A stretch of 64,000 nucleotides of DNA, taken from NCBI GenBank assembly GCA_040899905.1, contig JBBDZX010000003.1, positions 16,129-80,128 of the forward strand, written 5' to 3'. The translations under genes were made by a program, and so were the position numbers. A model generated the notes under the pieces. That model made no database searches. It was not told the origin of the DNA and saw nothing but the letters and a program-made list of their open reading frames with translations. Below, piece after piece: positions 34,731 to 45,336 of the stretch (position 1 is its first letter; every line of letters starts with the position of its first letter). The DNA is from Anaerolineales bacterium (GTDB taxonomy: Bacteria; Chloroflexota; Anaerolineae; Anaerolineales; E44-bin32).

Positions 34731-36218
34731 TCAGCTGGGGGGTGGGCCTTCGGCCAGGAGTTCCTCGAGGATTTGTCTCGTTCGCTGTGCGTCGGCTTTG
34801 CCTCCGGTCTGGCGCATCACCTGCCCGACGAACCAGCCCAGCACGGTCGCCTTCCCGTTTCGGTACGTCGCCACCTGGTCGGGATGGTTCTCGATGACCA
34901 GGCGGGCGGCCTCCCGCAACGCGCCGTCGTCCGACACACGTCCTAATCCTTCGGCTTCGACGATTTCGATTGGGCGGCGCCGGCTGGTATGCGCTTTCTC
35001 GAGCAGGTCTTTTCCGGTGCTGCCCGTAATGGCCCTGGTCTCGACGAGATGCACAATGTCCGCCAGCCCTTCGGGCGAGAGACCCAGCTGGCCCGCCGTG
35101 AGGCCCCGCTCGCGCAGGATGCGCTGCAGATCGTTGATAATCCAATTGGAGATCAGCTTGCCTCCGCCGGAACCCCTTGTGGAGGATCGCACGGCATAGG
35201 CGGTGACCGCCGCCTCGTAATAGTCGGCCAGGGTTCTCTCCTCCGTGAGGATCCCCGCGTCATAGGCGGGCAGTCCAAGCTCCTCGATCCAGCGAGCCCG
35301 CCGGGCAAGCGGCAGTTCGGGGAGCCCACTCCGTATTTCAGCGATCCACGCCGGGTCGAGCCGGAGCGAGAGCAGGTCCGGGTCGCGGAAGTAGCGATAG
35401 TCGGCCTCGGTCTCCTTCGATCGCATCTTACGCAGCGTGCTTGCCTCCTCGTCCCAGTCCAAGGTCCAGGCTTCGATCGACCGGCCCGCCTCGACCTCGC
35501 GACTCTGTCGTTCGATCTCCGTCTCGATGGCCGATCGGACCGAGTCGATCGAGTTGACATTCTTGATCTCAGTCTTCGGATTCAGCGTTTCGGTCCCGGC
35601 GGGTCGAATCGAGACGTTGGCGTCGCATCGAAGTTGTCCCTTTTCCATGTCCGCCTCGGAGACACCCAGCCAGCGCAGCAGCTGGCGCAGGCGGAGCAGG
35701 TAGTGAGTCGCTTCGTCCGCGGTTCGCAGGTCGGGTGCGGTGACCATCTCGACCAGCGGGACGCCGCAGCGGTTGAAATCGATGAGCCGGCGGCGCGCCT
35801 CGCGCACCGTCTTGCCGGCGTCCTCTTCCAGATGGAGTTTGACGATCCGGACCCGTCGCATCGACCCGTCCGGCAAGGAAATCTCCAGGGCACCCCCCCG
35901 GGCCAGCGGTTCGTCGTACTGGCTGATCTGGTAGCCTTTGGGGAGATCCGGGTAGAAGTAATTCTTTCGGGCAAAGTACGACTCGGTTTGAATCGGATCG
36001 GCCCGTATCGCCGCGGCCAGGATCACGGCCAATTCGACCGCTTTCCCATTCAGAACCGGAAGAACGCCGGGTTGTCCGGAGCACACGGGGCAGATGTTGG
36101 TGTTCGGCGGATCCCCCCAAGAGTCCGCCTTGCAGGGGCAGAAGATCTTGCTCTCGGTGGCAAGCTGGATGTGGGTCTCGAGTCCGATGACCGCTTCGTG
36201 GACCGCCTTGAGGGTCAT
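34731..36218 (-). CDS. gatB: Asp/Glu-tRNA amidotransferase subunit B
   Basis: IGLETHIQL..KIFC, FNRCGVPLVE, LRCDANVS, and a YqeY-like C-terminal tail. Confidence 0.95.
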   Translation of the reverse strand: MTLKAVHEAVIGLETHIQLATESKIFCPCKADSWGDPPNTNICPVCSGQPGVLPVLNGKAVELAVILAAAIRADPIQTESYFARKNYFYPDLPKGYQISQYDEPLARGGALEISLPDGSMRRVRIVKLHLEEDAGKTVREARRRLIDFNRCGVPLVEMVTAPDLRTADEATHYLLRLRQLLRWLGVSEADMEKGQLRCDANVSIRPAGTETLNPKTEIKNVNSIDSVRSAIETEIERQSREVEAGRSIEAWTLDWDEEASTLRKMRSKETEADYRYFRDPDLLSLRLDPAWIAEIRSGLPELPLARRARWIEELGLPAYDAGILTEERTLADYYEAAVTAYAVRSSTRGSGGGKLISNWIINDLQRILRERGLTAGQLGLSPEGLADIVHLVETRAITGSTGKDLLEKAHTSRRRPIEIVEAEGLGRVSDDGALREAARLVIENHPDQVATYRNGKATVLGWFVGQVMRQTGGKADAQRTRQILEELLAEGPPPS

Positions 36219-36460
36219 CGCAGCTCCGAGGGCGAGGAGGGCCGCCCGGCGTCCAAATTGATTCGGGGCCGAAGATGGGCGGGGGTGACCAGCTTGGAGA
36301 ATGAAATTCGGCCGGTCACTTGTTTCCTACCTCGGCCCCAGGGAACTGCCACGCGCCCACCAGGGTTCCCCCAACGAGAAACACGGTGACTGCGTGGCGC
36401 GTCAGAGCTCGGGTCATCCCCCCACCTTGGATTGCCATGAGCCCCGCCCCCATGCCCCTT

Positions 36461-38056
36461 TCACCCGGCCAACACCTTTGGCCGCTGGGCGCGCCATGCC
36501 TCGCCCTCCGTCGCCTTTTCGTAGGCCCGCCCAATTCGAAAGAGCGTCCCCTCTTCGAAGTCGGGGCCCAGGAGCTGCAACCCCAGCGGAAGCCCTTCCG
36601 CGCTAAGCCCGCAGGGAATCGACAAGCCGGGGATGCCGGCATGATTCGCGGGGACCGTCAGCAAATCCGCTAACTGCATCAAGACGGAGTCGCCGTAGAG
36701 CTCGTTCATCGGAAAGGCCGCGGTGGGCGTGGTCGGGCCGAGCAGGGCGTGGACGCGGTAGGCACCGTGGGGATCGAATGCGGCCTCGAAGTCGCGCCGA
36801 ATGAGGGAGCGCACGCGCAACGCTTGCGCATAGAACTGCTCTTCATACTGGGCCGCCGAGACATACATGCCCATCAGAATGCGCAGTTTCACCTGGGTAC
36901 CGAAGCCTTCGCCGCGAGTCGTCCGATAGAGACTCCGCAGGTCGGAGACCGGCCCGACATGCCGATGGCCATACTTGACTCCATCATAGCGGTGTAGGTT
37001 GGAGGCCGCTTCGACGCGCGAGATCACAAAGTACGCCGGGATGGCATACCGGGCGTGCGACAAAGGGATCCCCTCCACGATCTCGGCCCCCTCCGCCTGC
37101 AGCGCCTGCACGGCCTCGCGCACGGCGGTCTCCATCTCGCGGTCGACGCCTTGGGTCCGAACTTCCCCGCTAGTCGGGTCCGGGTACGCCAGCTGGAAGG
37201 CATCCGGCGAGATGCCAATGCGCAAACCGCGCACGCCTTGGTCGAGGCTCGCCCGGTAGTCCGGGACCGGGACGGCGGCGGCCGTGGCATCTCGCCGGTC
37301 CTCCCCAGACATCGCCCCCAACGCCAGGGCCAAGTCGGTCACGTCGCGTGCGATCGGACCGGGGCAATCCAAGGAAGACGCAAACGCGATCAGGCCGTAG
37401 CGGGATACGCGGCCGTACGTCGGCTTCAGCCCCGAAACGCCGCAGAACGCGGCCGGTTGGCGGATCGAACCCGAGGTGTCCGTCCCGAGAGAAAGGACCG
37501 CTTCCCCCGCCGCGACGGCGGCCGCGCTGCCTCCGGAAGATCCGCCCGGAACCCGGGATGGTTCCCACGGGTTCCGGGGCGTGGGTCGAAACGCGCTGGA
37601 TTCATTCGACGATCCAAAGGTGAACTCATCCAGATTCACTTTCCCAACGACGAGCGCTCCGGCTGAAACCAGACGCTCGACGGAGGTGGCCGAATAGGGA
37701 GCCCGATAGTTCGCCAGAATCCTGGATCCGGCCGTCGAGGCCGTCCCCTGGACGCAAAAAATGTCCTTTACCGCGAGAGGAACGCCCGCCAGTGGTCCTG
37801 GGTCGTCCCCCCGGGCAAGAGCCGAGTCGATCTGGGATGCTTGCCGGTGAGCCAGTTCCTCGGTGAGCTCAAGAAAGGCGTGGACGTGCACCGCCTCGTC
37901 CGGGTCGGGGGGGCGATCCTCGAGCGATCCGGACCGGCCGTCGACACGATGAATTCGGGCGAAGGTGGAGTCCAGGACTTCGGTGGCCGAGATCTCACGG
38001 CGCCGGATCCGCTCCGCGATTTGGTGGCCCGATAGGTCGCACAGGTCCTCGATCAC
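36461..38056 (-). CDS. gatA: Asp/Glu-tRNA amidotransferase subunit A (amidase signature)
   Basis: Amidase signature GGSSGGSAAAVAAG...GTDTSGSIRQPAAFCG. At 531 aa it is somewhat longer than I expect for GatA. Confidence 0.93.
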   Translation of the reverse strand: MIEDLCDLSGHQIAERIRRREISATEVLDSTFARIHRVDGRSGSLEDRPPDPDEAVHVHAFLELTEELAHRQASQIDSALARGDDPGPLAGVPLAVKDIFCVQGTASTAGSRILANYRAPYSATSVERLVSAGALVVGKVNLDEFTFGSSNESSAFRPTPRNPWEPSRVPGGSSGGSAAAVAAGEAVLSLGTDTSGSIRQPAAFCGVSGLKPTYGRVSRYGLIAFASSLDCPGPIARDVTDLALALGAMSGEDRRDATAAAVPVPDYRASLDQGVRGLRIGISPDAFQLAYPDPTSGEVRTQGVDREMETAVREAVQALQAEGAEIVEGIPLSHARYAIPAYFVISRVEAASNLHRYDGVKYGHRHVGPVSDLRSLYRTTRGEGFGTQVKLRILMGMYVSAAQYEEQFYAQALRVRSLIRRDFEAAFDPHGAYRVHALLGPTTPTAAFPMNELYGDSVLMQLADLLTVPANHAGIPGLSIPCGLSAEGLPLGLQLLGPDFEEGTLFRIGRAYEKATEGEAWRAQRPKVLAG

Positions 38057-38412
38057 TCGAGGTCGGTCCCCGGCTGGTCCGGGACGACGATATACCGGCC
38101 GTCGCTCTCCGGCGCCTGAGCGAGGATCTCGTCTGCATGCGGGAACGTTTCGGCGTGATCCCCCCTGAGGGCCGGGCGCACCGCCCGAGGATACGGGATG
38201 CCGTGCGAGGTGATGGGCGTATCCGCCGAGAGCTGGATGGCTTGGAGATCCCCGATGGCGCGCAGTTGGGCATTCATTTCTCGTCGAAGGTACTCGGCCT
38301 CATCTTCCGTCAGTTCAAGCGCCGCGAGATCCACGAGGTGCAGAAACGTCTCCAAGGGGATCTCCGTTGGACTCTGTCGTCCCGCCTGCCCATCCATACT
38401 TCGGGCCTCCAT
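38053..38412 (-). CDS. gatC: Asp/Glu-tRNA amidotransferase subunit C
   Basis: LAALELTEDEAEYLRREMNAQLRAIGDLQ pattern. 4-nt overlap with the gatA start. The N-terminus may be shorter (internal Met6). Confidence 0.8.
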   Translation of the reverse strand: MEARSMDGQAGRQSPTEIPLETFLHLVDLAALELTEDEAEYLRREMNAQLRAIGDLQAIQLSADTPITSHGIPYPRAVRPALRGDHAETFPHADEILAQAPESDGRYIVVPDQPGTDLE

Positions 38413-38523
38413 ATCCTCGCGCGAGAGGCGGGGAAATCCGCGCCTCGGGCCGAGTTTCGATCGCCTCGTCCGCGTAGATTCTACAACAACGACGCGCGAG
38501 CACGGGCCTTGGGGCGGACCTGC

Positions 38524-38533
38524 ATGCTATAAT
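38524..38533 (+). promoter_or_regulatory. Extended -10 element ATGCTATAAT
   Basis: Perfect TATAAT at 38528-38533, 31 nt before the ATG at 38564. A TAGAAT on the opposite strand (plus-strand ATTCTA at 38478-38483) may serve gatC. Confidence 0.4.
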
Positions 38534-38563
38534 CTCGCCCCGCGCGGCGATAAGGATGGTGAA

Positions 38564-39751
38564 ATGGTCATCCGTCAGGACCTCGGCATGGGCCCGAGCC
38601 TTTCCCTCTCGTCGGAACATGAGCTGATCCGACAGACCACGCGGGAGTTCGCGCAGAACGAGATTGTGCCCATCGCCGCGCACGCAGACGAAACCGGCGA
38701 GTTCCCCCTCGAAACCGTCCGGCGCATGGGACAGCTCGGCCTAATGGGGATTGAAATCCCCGAGGAGTACGGCGGCGCCGGGCTGGACACATTGGCTTAC
38801 GTTCTGGCGATGGTGGAGGTCTCGAAGGCGGACGCGGCCCACGGCACGATCATGTCCGTGAACAACTCGCTCTTCTGCCATGCGGTCTACCGTTTTGGGA
38901 CCGACGAGCAGAAGGAGACCTTCCTCCGGCCGGTCGCGTCAGGGAAATCCATCGCCGCGTACTCCTTGACGGAACCCATGTCGGGGTCCGACGCCGGCTC
39001 CATGCGCTCGCGCGCGGTCCTGGAAGGCGATGCCTATCGTATCCACGGCCGGAAGTCCTGGGTCACCAGTGCCCCCGTCGCGGACTTTGTGCTCCTTTTC
39101 ACAATGACGGACCCCGTTCGAAAACACGACGGCATCACCGCCTTTCTGATCGAGACGCACCGACCCGGCTTTTCGCTCGGGAAAACCGAACCCAAGCTTG
39201 GCATCCGCGCCTCGGCCACAAGCGAGATCGTTTTCGAGGACTATCGCTGCCCGATCGGCCACCGGCTGGGGGCCGAGGGCGAGGGCTTCCGGATCGCCAT
39301 GGCCGTCCTGGATGCCGGTCGGATCGGAATTGCGTCCCAAGCCCTCGGCATTGCCGAGGCGGCCTACGAAGCGAGCCTGCAGTACGCGCGCGAACGGGAG
39401 GCTTTCGGCCAGAAGATCGGTGCATTCCAGGGGATTGCCTTCAAACTGGCGGACATGAAAACCCGGATCGAGGCCTCTCGGCTCCTGATTTATCAGGCGG
39501 CGATGGCCAAGAGTGAATCGAAGCAATCCGGGGCGCGCTACACGACCCAGGCATCGATGGCCAAACTCTTCGCCTCCGAGACGGCGATGTTCTGCGCTCA
39601 CGCCGCCGTGCAGATCCACGGTGGGATGGGCTACTCCAAGGAACTCCCTATCGAGCGCTACTTCCGCGACGCGAAGATCACCGAAATCTACGAGGGGACC
39701 AGCGAGATCCAGCGACTGGTGATCGCCCGGCACGAGCTGGGCCTGCGTTGA
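38564..39751 (+). CDS. Acyl-CoA dehydrogenase (short-chain / butyryl-CoA type)
   Basis: GLMGIEIPEEYGGAG, AYSLTEPMSGSDAGS, and C-terminal IYEGTSEIQRLVIAR. Confidence 0.9.
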   Translation: MVIRQDLGMGPSLSLSSEHELIRQTTREFAQNEIVPIAAHADETGEFPLETVRRMGQLGLMGIEIPEEYGGAGLDTLAYVLAMVEVSKADAAHGTIMSVNNSLFCHAVYRFGTDEQKETFLRPVASGKSIAAYSLTEPMSGSDAGSMRSRAVLEGDAYRIHGRKSWVTSAPVADFVLLFTMTDPVRKHDGITAFLIETHRPGFSLGKTEPKLGIRASATSEIVFEDYRCPIGHRLGAEGEGFRIAMAVLDAGRIGIASQALGIAEAAYEASLQYAREREAFGQKIGAFQGIAFKLADMKTRIEASRLLIYQAAMAKSESKQSGARYTTQASMAKLFASETAMFCAHAAVQIHGGMGYSKELPIERYFRDAKITEIYEGTSEIQRLVIARHELGLR

Positions 39752-39825
39752 GTTCGAAGACGTCCCGCGCGCTCCGCCTGGCTCAGGATCGCAGGCCTTC
39801 CACGGGCTGATCAGGCTTTCCCATC

Positions 39826-42159
39826 TTGACCGCACGTCGCCGCCCCACCTCGCCTCGAAAACCCCGTCGCACACGTCCCAAGGCGACGGACGTTCACCTG
39901 CGCGTCGAACCTGGAAGCAACGTCCGGATCACTCTCGAGGAACTCGGTTCCGGGAAGACAGCCCGACCGCGCCTGCTACACCAGTCCACGGTCGGGGTTG
40001 GCTCGGCCGGTGGGGAACCTCCTTCATCCCGAGCGCAGGACGACGTCGGCGAGCCCGAGCCGGTTTCCCGTCCGCGGCCTCACGGCCAGGGGCTCGCGGC
40101 ACGAGTCCTATTCGACCTGAGGCAGGCCGGGTACTCGCTGTTTGGGTGGGCGGCTCCGCTCGATCTCGCCCTCTTTGCGGCCTCCCTGGGCGTGTATTGG
40201 GCGACGCGCCTGATCGCTTTGGCCAGCTATCCGATCTACTTCTTTACCGACGAGGCCGTACAGACCGTCCTGGCGCAGGATTTCCTCCGAGACGGCCTTC
40301 GCGACTTCGCGGGCCGCCTGTTCCCCACCTACTTCCTGAATGTGTACGAGTTCAACTTGAATTTCTCTGTGTACGCACAGATCCTTCCGCTGCTTGCTTT
40401 CGGCAAGTCCCTGTTCGTGACGCGGGCCACGTCCGCCATTCTGAGCGGCCTTGCGGCCGCGGCCGTCGCGTACGTCGTGGGCAGGTTCTTCCGCGTCCGC
40501 TATTGGTGGACGGCAGTCCTGTTCCTCGGCCTCACCCCGGCCTGGTTCCTCCATTCTCGTACTGCCTTCGAGACCACGCTCATGGCGACCTTCTACGGCC
40601 TGTTCCTGGCCGCCTACCTGCTCTATCGACTGGTCCACCCTCGTTATCTGTACCTGAGTCTGCTCTTCGGCGCATTGGTCTTCTACACATACGGTCCCGG
40701 TCAAATCATCGCGCTGGCGACCGCGGTCCTACTCTTCCTTGTCGACTTTCGGTATCACTGGCAGAACCGCCGGATCCTGGCCCCTGGCCTGGTGTGGGCG
40801 GCTGTCCTCATGCTTCCCTACCTGCGCTTTCAGATTCAGCAGCCGGGATTGCATCAGGAATTCCTACGGATCTTGGACAGTTACTGGTTGAAGGATATTC
40901 CGCTCTCCCAGAAGCTGGCCACCGCGCTGGGGAACTACCTCCAGGCCTTGAGTCCCGGTTACTGGTTGGGCGAGGACTCGATTGACCTGCCCAGGCATCT
41001 CATGGGCCGCTACGGCAACTTGAGCCGCTGGGCCGTGCCGTTCACCGCCGTGGGGATGGTTCTTTGTGCCCGCCGTCTGCGCGCGCCCGCCCCGCGGCTG
41101 TTATGGGTTGCGATTCTGGCGATTCCTTTTGGCGCGGTCGTGGTCGCGGTAGGAATCACCCGCGTTCTCTCCTTCGCTCTTCCCATCGCCGCGTTTTCTG
41201 CCCTCGGCCTCGCCTGGGGCGCGGAAAGGATCTTCCGCCGAGTCCCGTATCGGCACGCGGCGGTGATGGTCCTGACCAGCTTGTCTGCGATCCAAATGGG
41301 AATGCTGGGGGACGCTCTCCGAAACGGTCCCACCTGGAACACGGACTACGGACTCTACGGCATGCAGTTCGGAGCCCGCCAGGTCTTTGGCATGGCGAAG
41401 ACGTACATGGAGGAGAATCCCGGAGACCAGGTGTACTTAAGCTCAAGCTGGGCCAACGGCACCGACCTGCTGGCCCGGTTCTTTGTCGGCGATAACACGC
41501 CGATTTCCATCTCGGGGGTTTCCCCGTGGAGGGAGGACCAGCGGGAGCTCAACGGCCACATGGCGTTCCTGCTGACGGCCGATGAGCTCGCCGAGGTGGA
41601 GAGCGATCCCAAGTTCCTGCCGCCGGCGGAGATCGGCCGCATCCTGCTCCCGGATGGCCGCCTCGGTTTCGCCTTTGTGCACCTTCAGTATTCTCCGGAG
41701 GCCGGTGCGATCTTCGCCGAGGAGATCCGCCTACGGCAGATCCCCGTGGTGGAGACCGTCCTCATCGATGGCCAATCGGTCTCCGTCGAGCATCCACTTC
41801 TGGACAGTGGTGAGCTTCGTCTGCTCTTCGATGGCGACGAATACACCCTTATTCGGACCTACGAAGCCAACCCAGCGAGGTTTGTGTTCACGTTCGAATT
41901 CCCACGTCCGATCCGGGCCCTGCGCTTGACCGCGGGCGCATTCTCCTTTGAGATCACCCTGCGCGTGACCTCGCCGTCCGGGGAGACCGCCACCTACTTC
42001 GGCTCCTTCACACCTCCCGCGGAGCAGCCCACGATCGAAATGGCGGTCGACCAGGGGCCGGACACCATCGCCCGCTTGGAGATGGAGATCCTTCATCTTT
42101 ACACGGCCGGACGTGTCAAAATTCATTTGCGGGACCTTCTTTTTCTGGACGCGAATTGA
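39826..42159 (+). CDS. Membrane glycosyltransferase, GT-C fold (family 39 / ArnT-PMT-like) with a C-terminal soluble domain
   Basis: About 12 TM spans. The first-loop acidic motif FFTDEAVQT is the GT-C hallmark. C-terminal extracytoplasmic region of about 300 aa. TTG start is uncertain. Confidence 0.65.
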   Translation: MTARRRPTSPRKPRRTRPKATDVHLRVEPGSNVRITLEELGSGKTARPRLLHQSTVGVGSAGGEPPSSRAQDDVGEPEPVSRPRPHGQGLAARVLFDLRQAGYSLFGWAAPLDLALFAASLGVYWATRLIALASYPIYFFTDEAVQTVLAQDFLRDGLRDFAGRLFPTYFLNVYEFNLNFSVYAQILPLLAFGKSLFVTRATSAILSGLAAAAVAYVVGRFFRVRYWWTAVLFLGLTPAWFLHSRTAFETTLMATFYGLFLAAYLLYRLVHPRYLYLSLLFGALVFYTYGPGQIIALATAVLLFLVDFRYHWQNRRILAPGLVWAAVLMLPYLRFQIQQPGLHQEFLRILDSYWLKDIPLSQKLATALGNYLQALSPGYWLGEDSIDLPRHLMGRYGNLSRWAVPFTAVGMVLCARRLRAPAPRLLWVAILAIPFGAVVVAVGITRVLSFALPIAAFSALGLAWGAERIFRRVPYRHAAVMVLTSLSAIQMGMLGDALRNGPTWNTDYGLYGMQFGARQVFGMAKTYMEENPGDQVYLSSSWANGTDLLARFFVGDNTPISISGVSPWREDQRELNGHMAFLLTADELAEVESDPKFLPPAEIGRILLPDGRLGFAFVHLQYSPEAGAIFAEEIRLRQIPVVETVLIDGQSVSVEHPLLDSGELRLLFDGDEYTLIRTYEANPARFVFTFEFPRPIRALRLTAGAFSFEITLRVTSPSGETATYFGSFTPPAEQPTIEMAVDQGPDTIARLEMEILHLYTAGRVKIHLRDLLFLDAN

Positions 42160-42277
42160 AGCGCTCTTCGCCTCCGCCCGGCGCCAGGTCATCGGCCTCG
42201 AGCCACACGACTGCCCGAATCACCCGTTCGCCCGATCCGGCCGCTCAACCGGTAGAATTCTCCATCGAGGCGCAGCC

Positions 42278-43312
42278 TTGAAATCGGTTGTCTTCCGTCA
42301 TCACGGCGGTCCCGACGTGCTCGAGGTCGCCGAGCTTCCCGAGCCCCAACCAGGGAGCGGCGAGGTCCGAGTCCGCCTGCGGGCGGCGGCCCTGAATCGG
42401 CTCGATCTATGGGTCCGGCAGGGATGGCCCGGAATCCGGCTGGCGCTTCCGCACATCCCGGGCGCGGATGGCGCAGGCGTGGTCGATGCCCTGGGGCCAG
42501 GAGTCGAGGCTCCCGCGATCGGGAGCCGGGTCGTTCTGAATGCGAATCTGAGCTGCGGAGAATGTGAGGCGTGCCGGGCGGGGCAAGACAATCGCTGCCG
42601 AAGCTGGCGGTTGCTGGGCGAACATGTGCCGGGCACCTACACCGAATCCATCGTGATCCCGGCTTCCAATCTGCTGGTTCTACCGGACCGAGTTACCTTC
42701 GAGGACGCGGCGGCGGCCGGCCTGGTCTTTCACACCGCTTGGCACTCACTGGTCACGCGGGGCGGGCTTCGTCCTGGAGAGACCGTCGTCATCGTCGGCG
42801 CTTCGGGAGGCGTGAACACGGCCTCCATCCAGGTGGCCAAGTTGGCGGGCGCGCGTGTGTTGGTCGTCGGCTCGAATCGCGCCAAACTTGAGCTGGCCGA
42901 GTCCCTGGGCGCGGATGTCTTGATCGATCGGAGCGAAGAGCCGGAATGGTCGCGCGCGGTGTACGAAGCGACCGGCCGGCGCGGGGCGGACATCGTGGTC
43001 GACAATGTAATTGCGACCACGCTGCCGCAGAGCCTGCGCGCCGCCGCCAAGGGCGGCCGTATCTTGACCGTCGGCAATACAGCCGGGGCCACCGTCGAAG
43101 TTGACAACCGATATCTTTTCGCGAAGCATCTGTCCTGGATCGGATCGACCATGGGCACGCGCTCGGAATTCCGAACGGTCATGGAGTGCGTGTTTTCCGG
43201 ACGGCTGAAGCCCGTGATCGACCGCGTGGTTCCGCTCACGGATGCCGCGTCGGCCCAGGAGCGACTCGCCTCCGGCCTTCAACGCGGGAAGATTGTGCTC
43301 CAAATCGCATAG
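42278..43312 (+). CDS. Zinc-type alcohol dehydrogenase / quinone oxidoreductase (MDR superfamily)
   Basis: GADGAGVV, CGECEACRAG, and VVIVGASGGVNT. TTG at 42278 with GAGG 7 nt upstream. The track ORF starts at 42113 inside the previous gene. Confidence 0.82.
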   Translation: MKSVVFRHHGGPDVLEVAELPEPQPGSGEVRVRLRAAALNRLDLWVRQGWPGIRLALPHIPGADGAGVVDALGPGVEAPAIGSRVVLNANLSCGECEACRAGQDNRCRSWRLLGEHVPGTYTESIVIPASNLLVLPDRVTFEDAAAAGLVFHTAWHSLVTRGGLRPGETVVIVGASGGVNTASIQVAKLAGARVLVVGSNRAKLELAESLGADVLIDRSEEPEWSRAVYEATGRRGADIVVDNVIATTLPQSLRAAAKGGRILTVGNTAGATVEVDNRYLFAKHLSWIGSTMGTRSEFRTVMECVFSGRLKPVIDRVVPLTDAASAQERLASGLQRGKIVLQIA

Positions 43313-43322
43313 GATCGACCCG

Positions 43323-43757
43323 ATGCTGGAATTGGATCCCGAGGCTACGGCTCCGCACCCACCCCGGCCGCGCTTCGTAACCTGGCTGACCGTGGGGGTT
43401 TTAATGCTTGCGGCCGCCTACCTGACCCGGTTTGGGGCCAGTCTGTCGGCTCCAGGCCTTGCCCTGGCTGTGCCTCGAGCCTACCTATCCGGGACTGGGG
43501 CTGTTTGGGGCGCACTCGCCTTAGCCCTGGGGTTCGGATTGTGGAGTGGTCGGCGCTGGGCCCCGTTCCTACTGCGCACTGGTGGACTGACCTTTCTCGC
43601 GTGGTACTGGGTCGATCGCCTGGCCCTCGTGCAATCAGAGTTTTCCCGCCATACAAGACTATGGGCCGCCGCCGCGACCGTCCTGGTCCTGGCGGCGGTC
43701 GTGTGGGGAATTCGGCGGCCGGACGTGCGCCGGTTTTTCCAGGAGAGTCAGGGATGA
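43323..43757 (+). CDS. Hypothetical membrane protein (144 aa)
   Basis: Four hydrophobic spans. The stop overlaps the next gene's ATG (ATGA). Confidence 0.55.
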   Translation: MLELDPEATAPHPPRPRFVTWLTVGVLMLAAAYLTRFGASLSAPGLALAVPRAYLSGTGAVWGALALALGFGLWSGRRWAPFLLRTGGLTFLAWYWVDRLALVQSEFSRHTRLWAAAATVLVLAAVVWGIRRPDVRRFFQESQG

Positions 43758-45304
43758 GCATCGACGAGAAGCTCGACGGCCTGCGACGGCTTCGCCAGGA
43801 GGCCCTGCAGGGAGGCGGCCCCGAGCGCGTCGAGGCCCAACGCGCCCGCGGCAAACTCACCGCCCGCGAGCGGCTTGAACTCTTATTGGACAAAGGTTCG
43901 TTTCGCGAGACCGACATGTTTGTAACCCACCGCACCTCGGATTTCGGTCTGGAGGAGCGGAAGATCCTTTCGGATAGCGTCATCACAGGCTGGGGGACCA
44001 TCGACAGTCGTCTCGTGTTTGTGTACTCGCAGGACTTCACGGTCTTCGGGGGTAGTCTGGGGGAAGTCCATGCGGAGAAAATCTGCAAGATTCTCGAAAT
44101 GGCCGTCAAGAACGGCGCTCCGGTCATCGGTCTGAACGACTCCGGAGGCGCTCGCATTCAAGAGGGCGTCGTCTCCCTCGGCGGCTACGCCGAGATCTTT
44201 CTGCGCAACACCTTGGCTTCGGGGGTGATTCCGCAGATCAGCGCCATTATGGGCCCGTGCGCCGGGGGCGCGGTCTACTCCCCTGCGCTGACGGATTTCG
44301 TCTTCATGGTCCGGAATTCCTCGCACATGTTCGTCACGGGACCGGACGTTGTGAAATCCGTCACCCACGAAGAGGTCAGCTTTGAAGAGCTGGGCGGCGC
44401 GGAGGTCCACGCCACGCTATCCGGGGTGTGCCACTACGTGGCCGAAAGCGAGGCGGATTGCCTGTACCTGATGCGGGTCCTGATGAGCTACCTGCCGCAA
44501 AACAATATGGAGGACCCTCCCTTCCTTTCCTCCACCGACGACCCGCTGCGGACCGAAATGGCATTGGACCACCTCCTCCCCGAGGATGCCGGTAAACCCT
44601 ACGATATGCGCGAGGCGATTCGCCTGATCGTCGATCACGGGGTCTTCCTCGAAATCCATGAACGATTCGCCCCGAACATCGTCGTCGGATTCGCTCGCCT
44701 GGGCGGTCACAGCGTGGGCGTGGTCGCCAGCCAGCCGGCCGTCCTCGCCGGCGTACTGGACATCCACGCCTCCGAGAAGGCAGCTCGCTTTGTGCGGTTC
44801 TGCGACTCGTTCAACATCCCCCTGATCACGTTCGTCGATGTCCCCGGGTTCATGCCCGGGACGGCCCAGGAGCACGGCGGGATCATTCGACACGGCGCCA
44901 AGCTTCTCTACGCGTACTGCGAGGCCACGGTGCCGAAGATCACGGTCGTCCTGCGCAAGGCCTACGGCGGTGCCTACGACGTCATGTCCTCCAAACACAT
45001 CCGCGGCGATCTCAATCTCGCCTGGCCCACGGCCGAGCTGGCCGTCATGGGCCCGGACGGGGCGGTCAGCATCGTGTTCCGCAAGGAGCTGGCCGAGGCA
45101 GCCAACGCGGACACCCGCAAGGCGGAACTCGTCGCGGAATACCGGACCAAGTTTGCCAATCCGTACGTGGCGGCTTCGCGCGGGTACCTCGACGATGTGA
45201 TCGCACCGCACGAGACGCGGCCGCGGCTGATCAACGCTTTGGAAATGCTCAGCAACAAACGCGACTCCAACCCAGCCAAGCGGCATGGGAACATTCCCCT
45301 CTAG
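43754..45304 (+). CDS. Acyl-CoA carboxylase carboxyltransferase subunit (propionyl-CoA carboxylase beta / methylmalonyl-CoA carboxyltransferase 12S type)
   Basis: [27 protein letters not shown], and [16 protein letters not shown] precedes the ATG. Confidence 0.9.
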   Translation: MSIDEKLDGLRRLRQEALQGGGPERVEAQRARGKLTARERLELLLDKGSFRETDMFVTHRTSDFGLEERKILSDSVITGWGTIDSRLVFVYSQDFTVFGGSLGEVHAEKICKILEMAVKNGAPVIGLNDSGGARIQEGVVSLGGYAEIFLRNTLASGVIPQISAIMGPCAGGAVYSPALTDFVFMVRNSSHMFVTGPDVVKSVTHEEVSFEELGGAEVHATLSGVCHYVAESEADCLYLMRVLMSYLPQNNMEDPPFLSSTDDPLRTEMALDHLLPEDAGKPYDMREAIRLIVDHGVFLEIHERFAPNIVVGFARLGGHSVGVVASQPAVLAGVLDIHASEKAARFVRFCDSFNIPLITFVDVPGFMPGTAQEHGGIIRHGAKLLYAYCEATVPKITVVLRKAYGGAYDVMSSKHIRGDLNLAWPTAELAVMGPDGAVSIVFRKELAEAANADTRKAELVAEYRTKFANPYVAASRGYLDDVIAPHETRPRLINALEMLSNKRDSNPAKRHGNIPL

Positions 45305-45336
45305 CCGAGGGACAACCACGGAAGGCGGATAGACAG

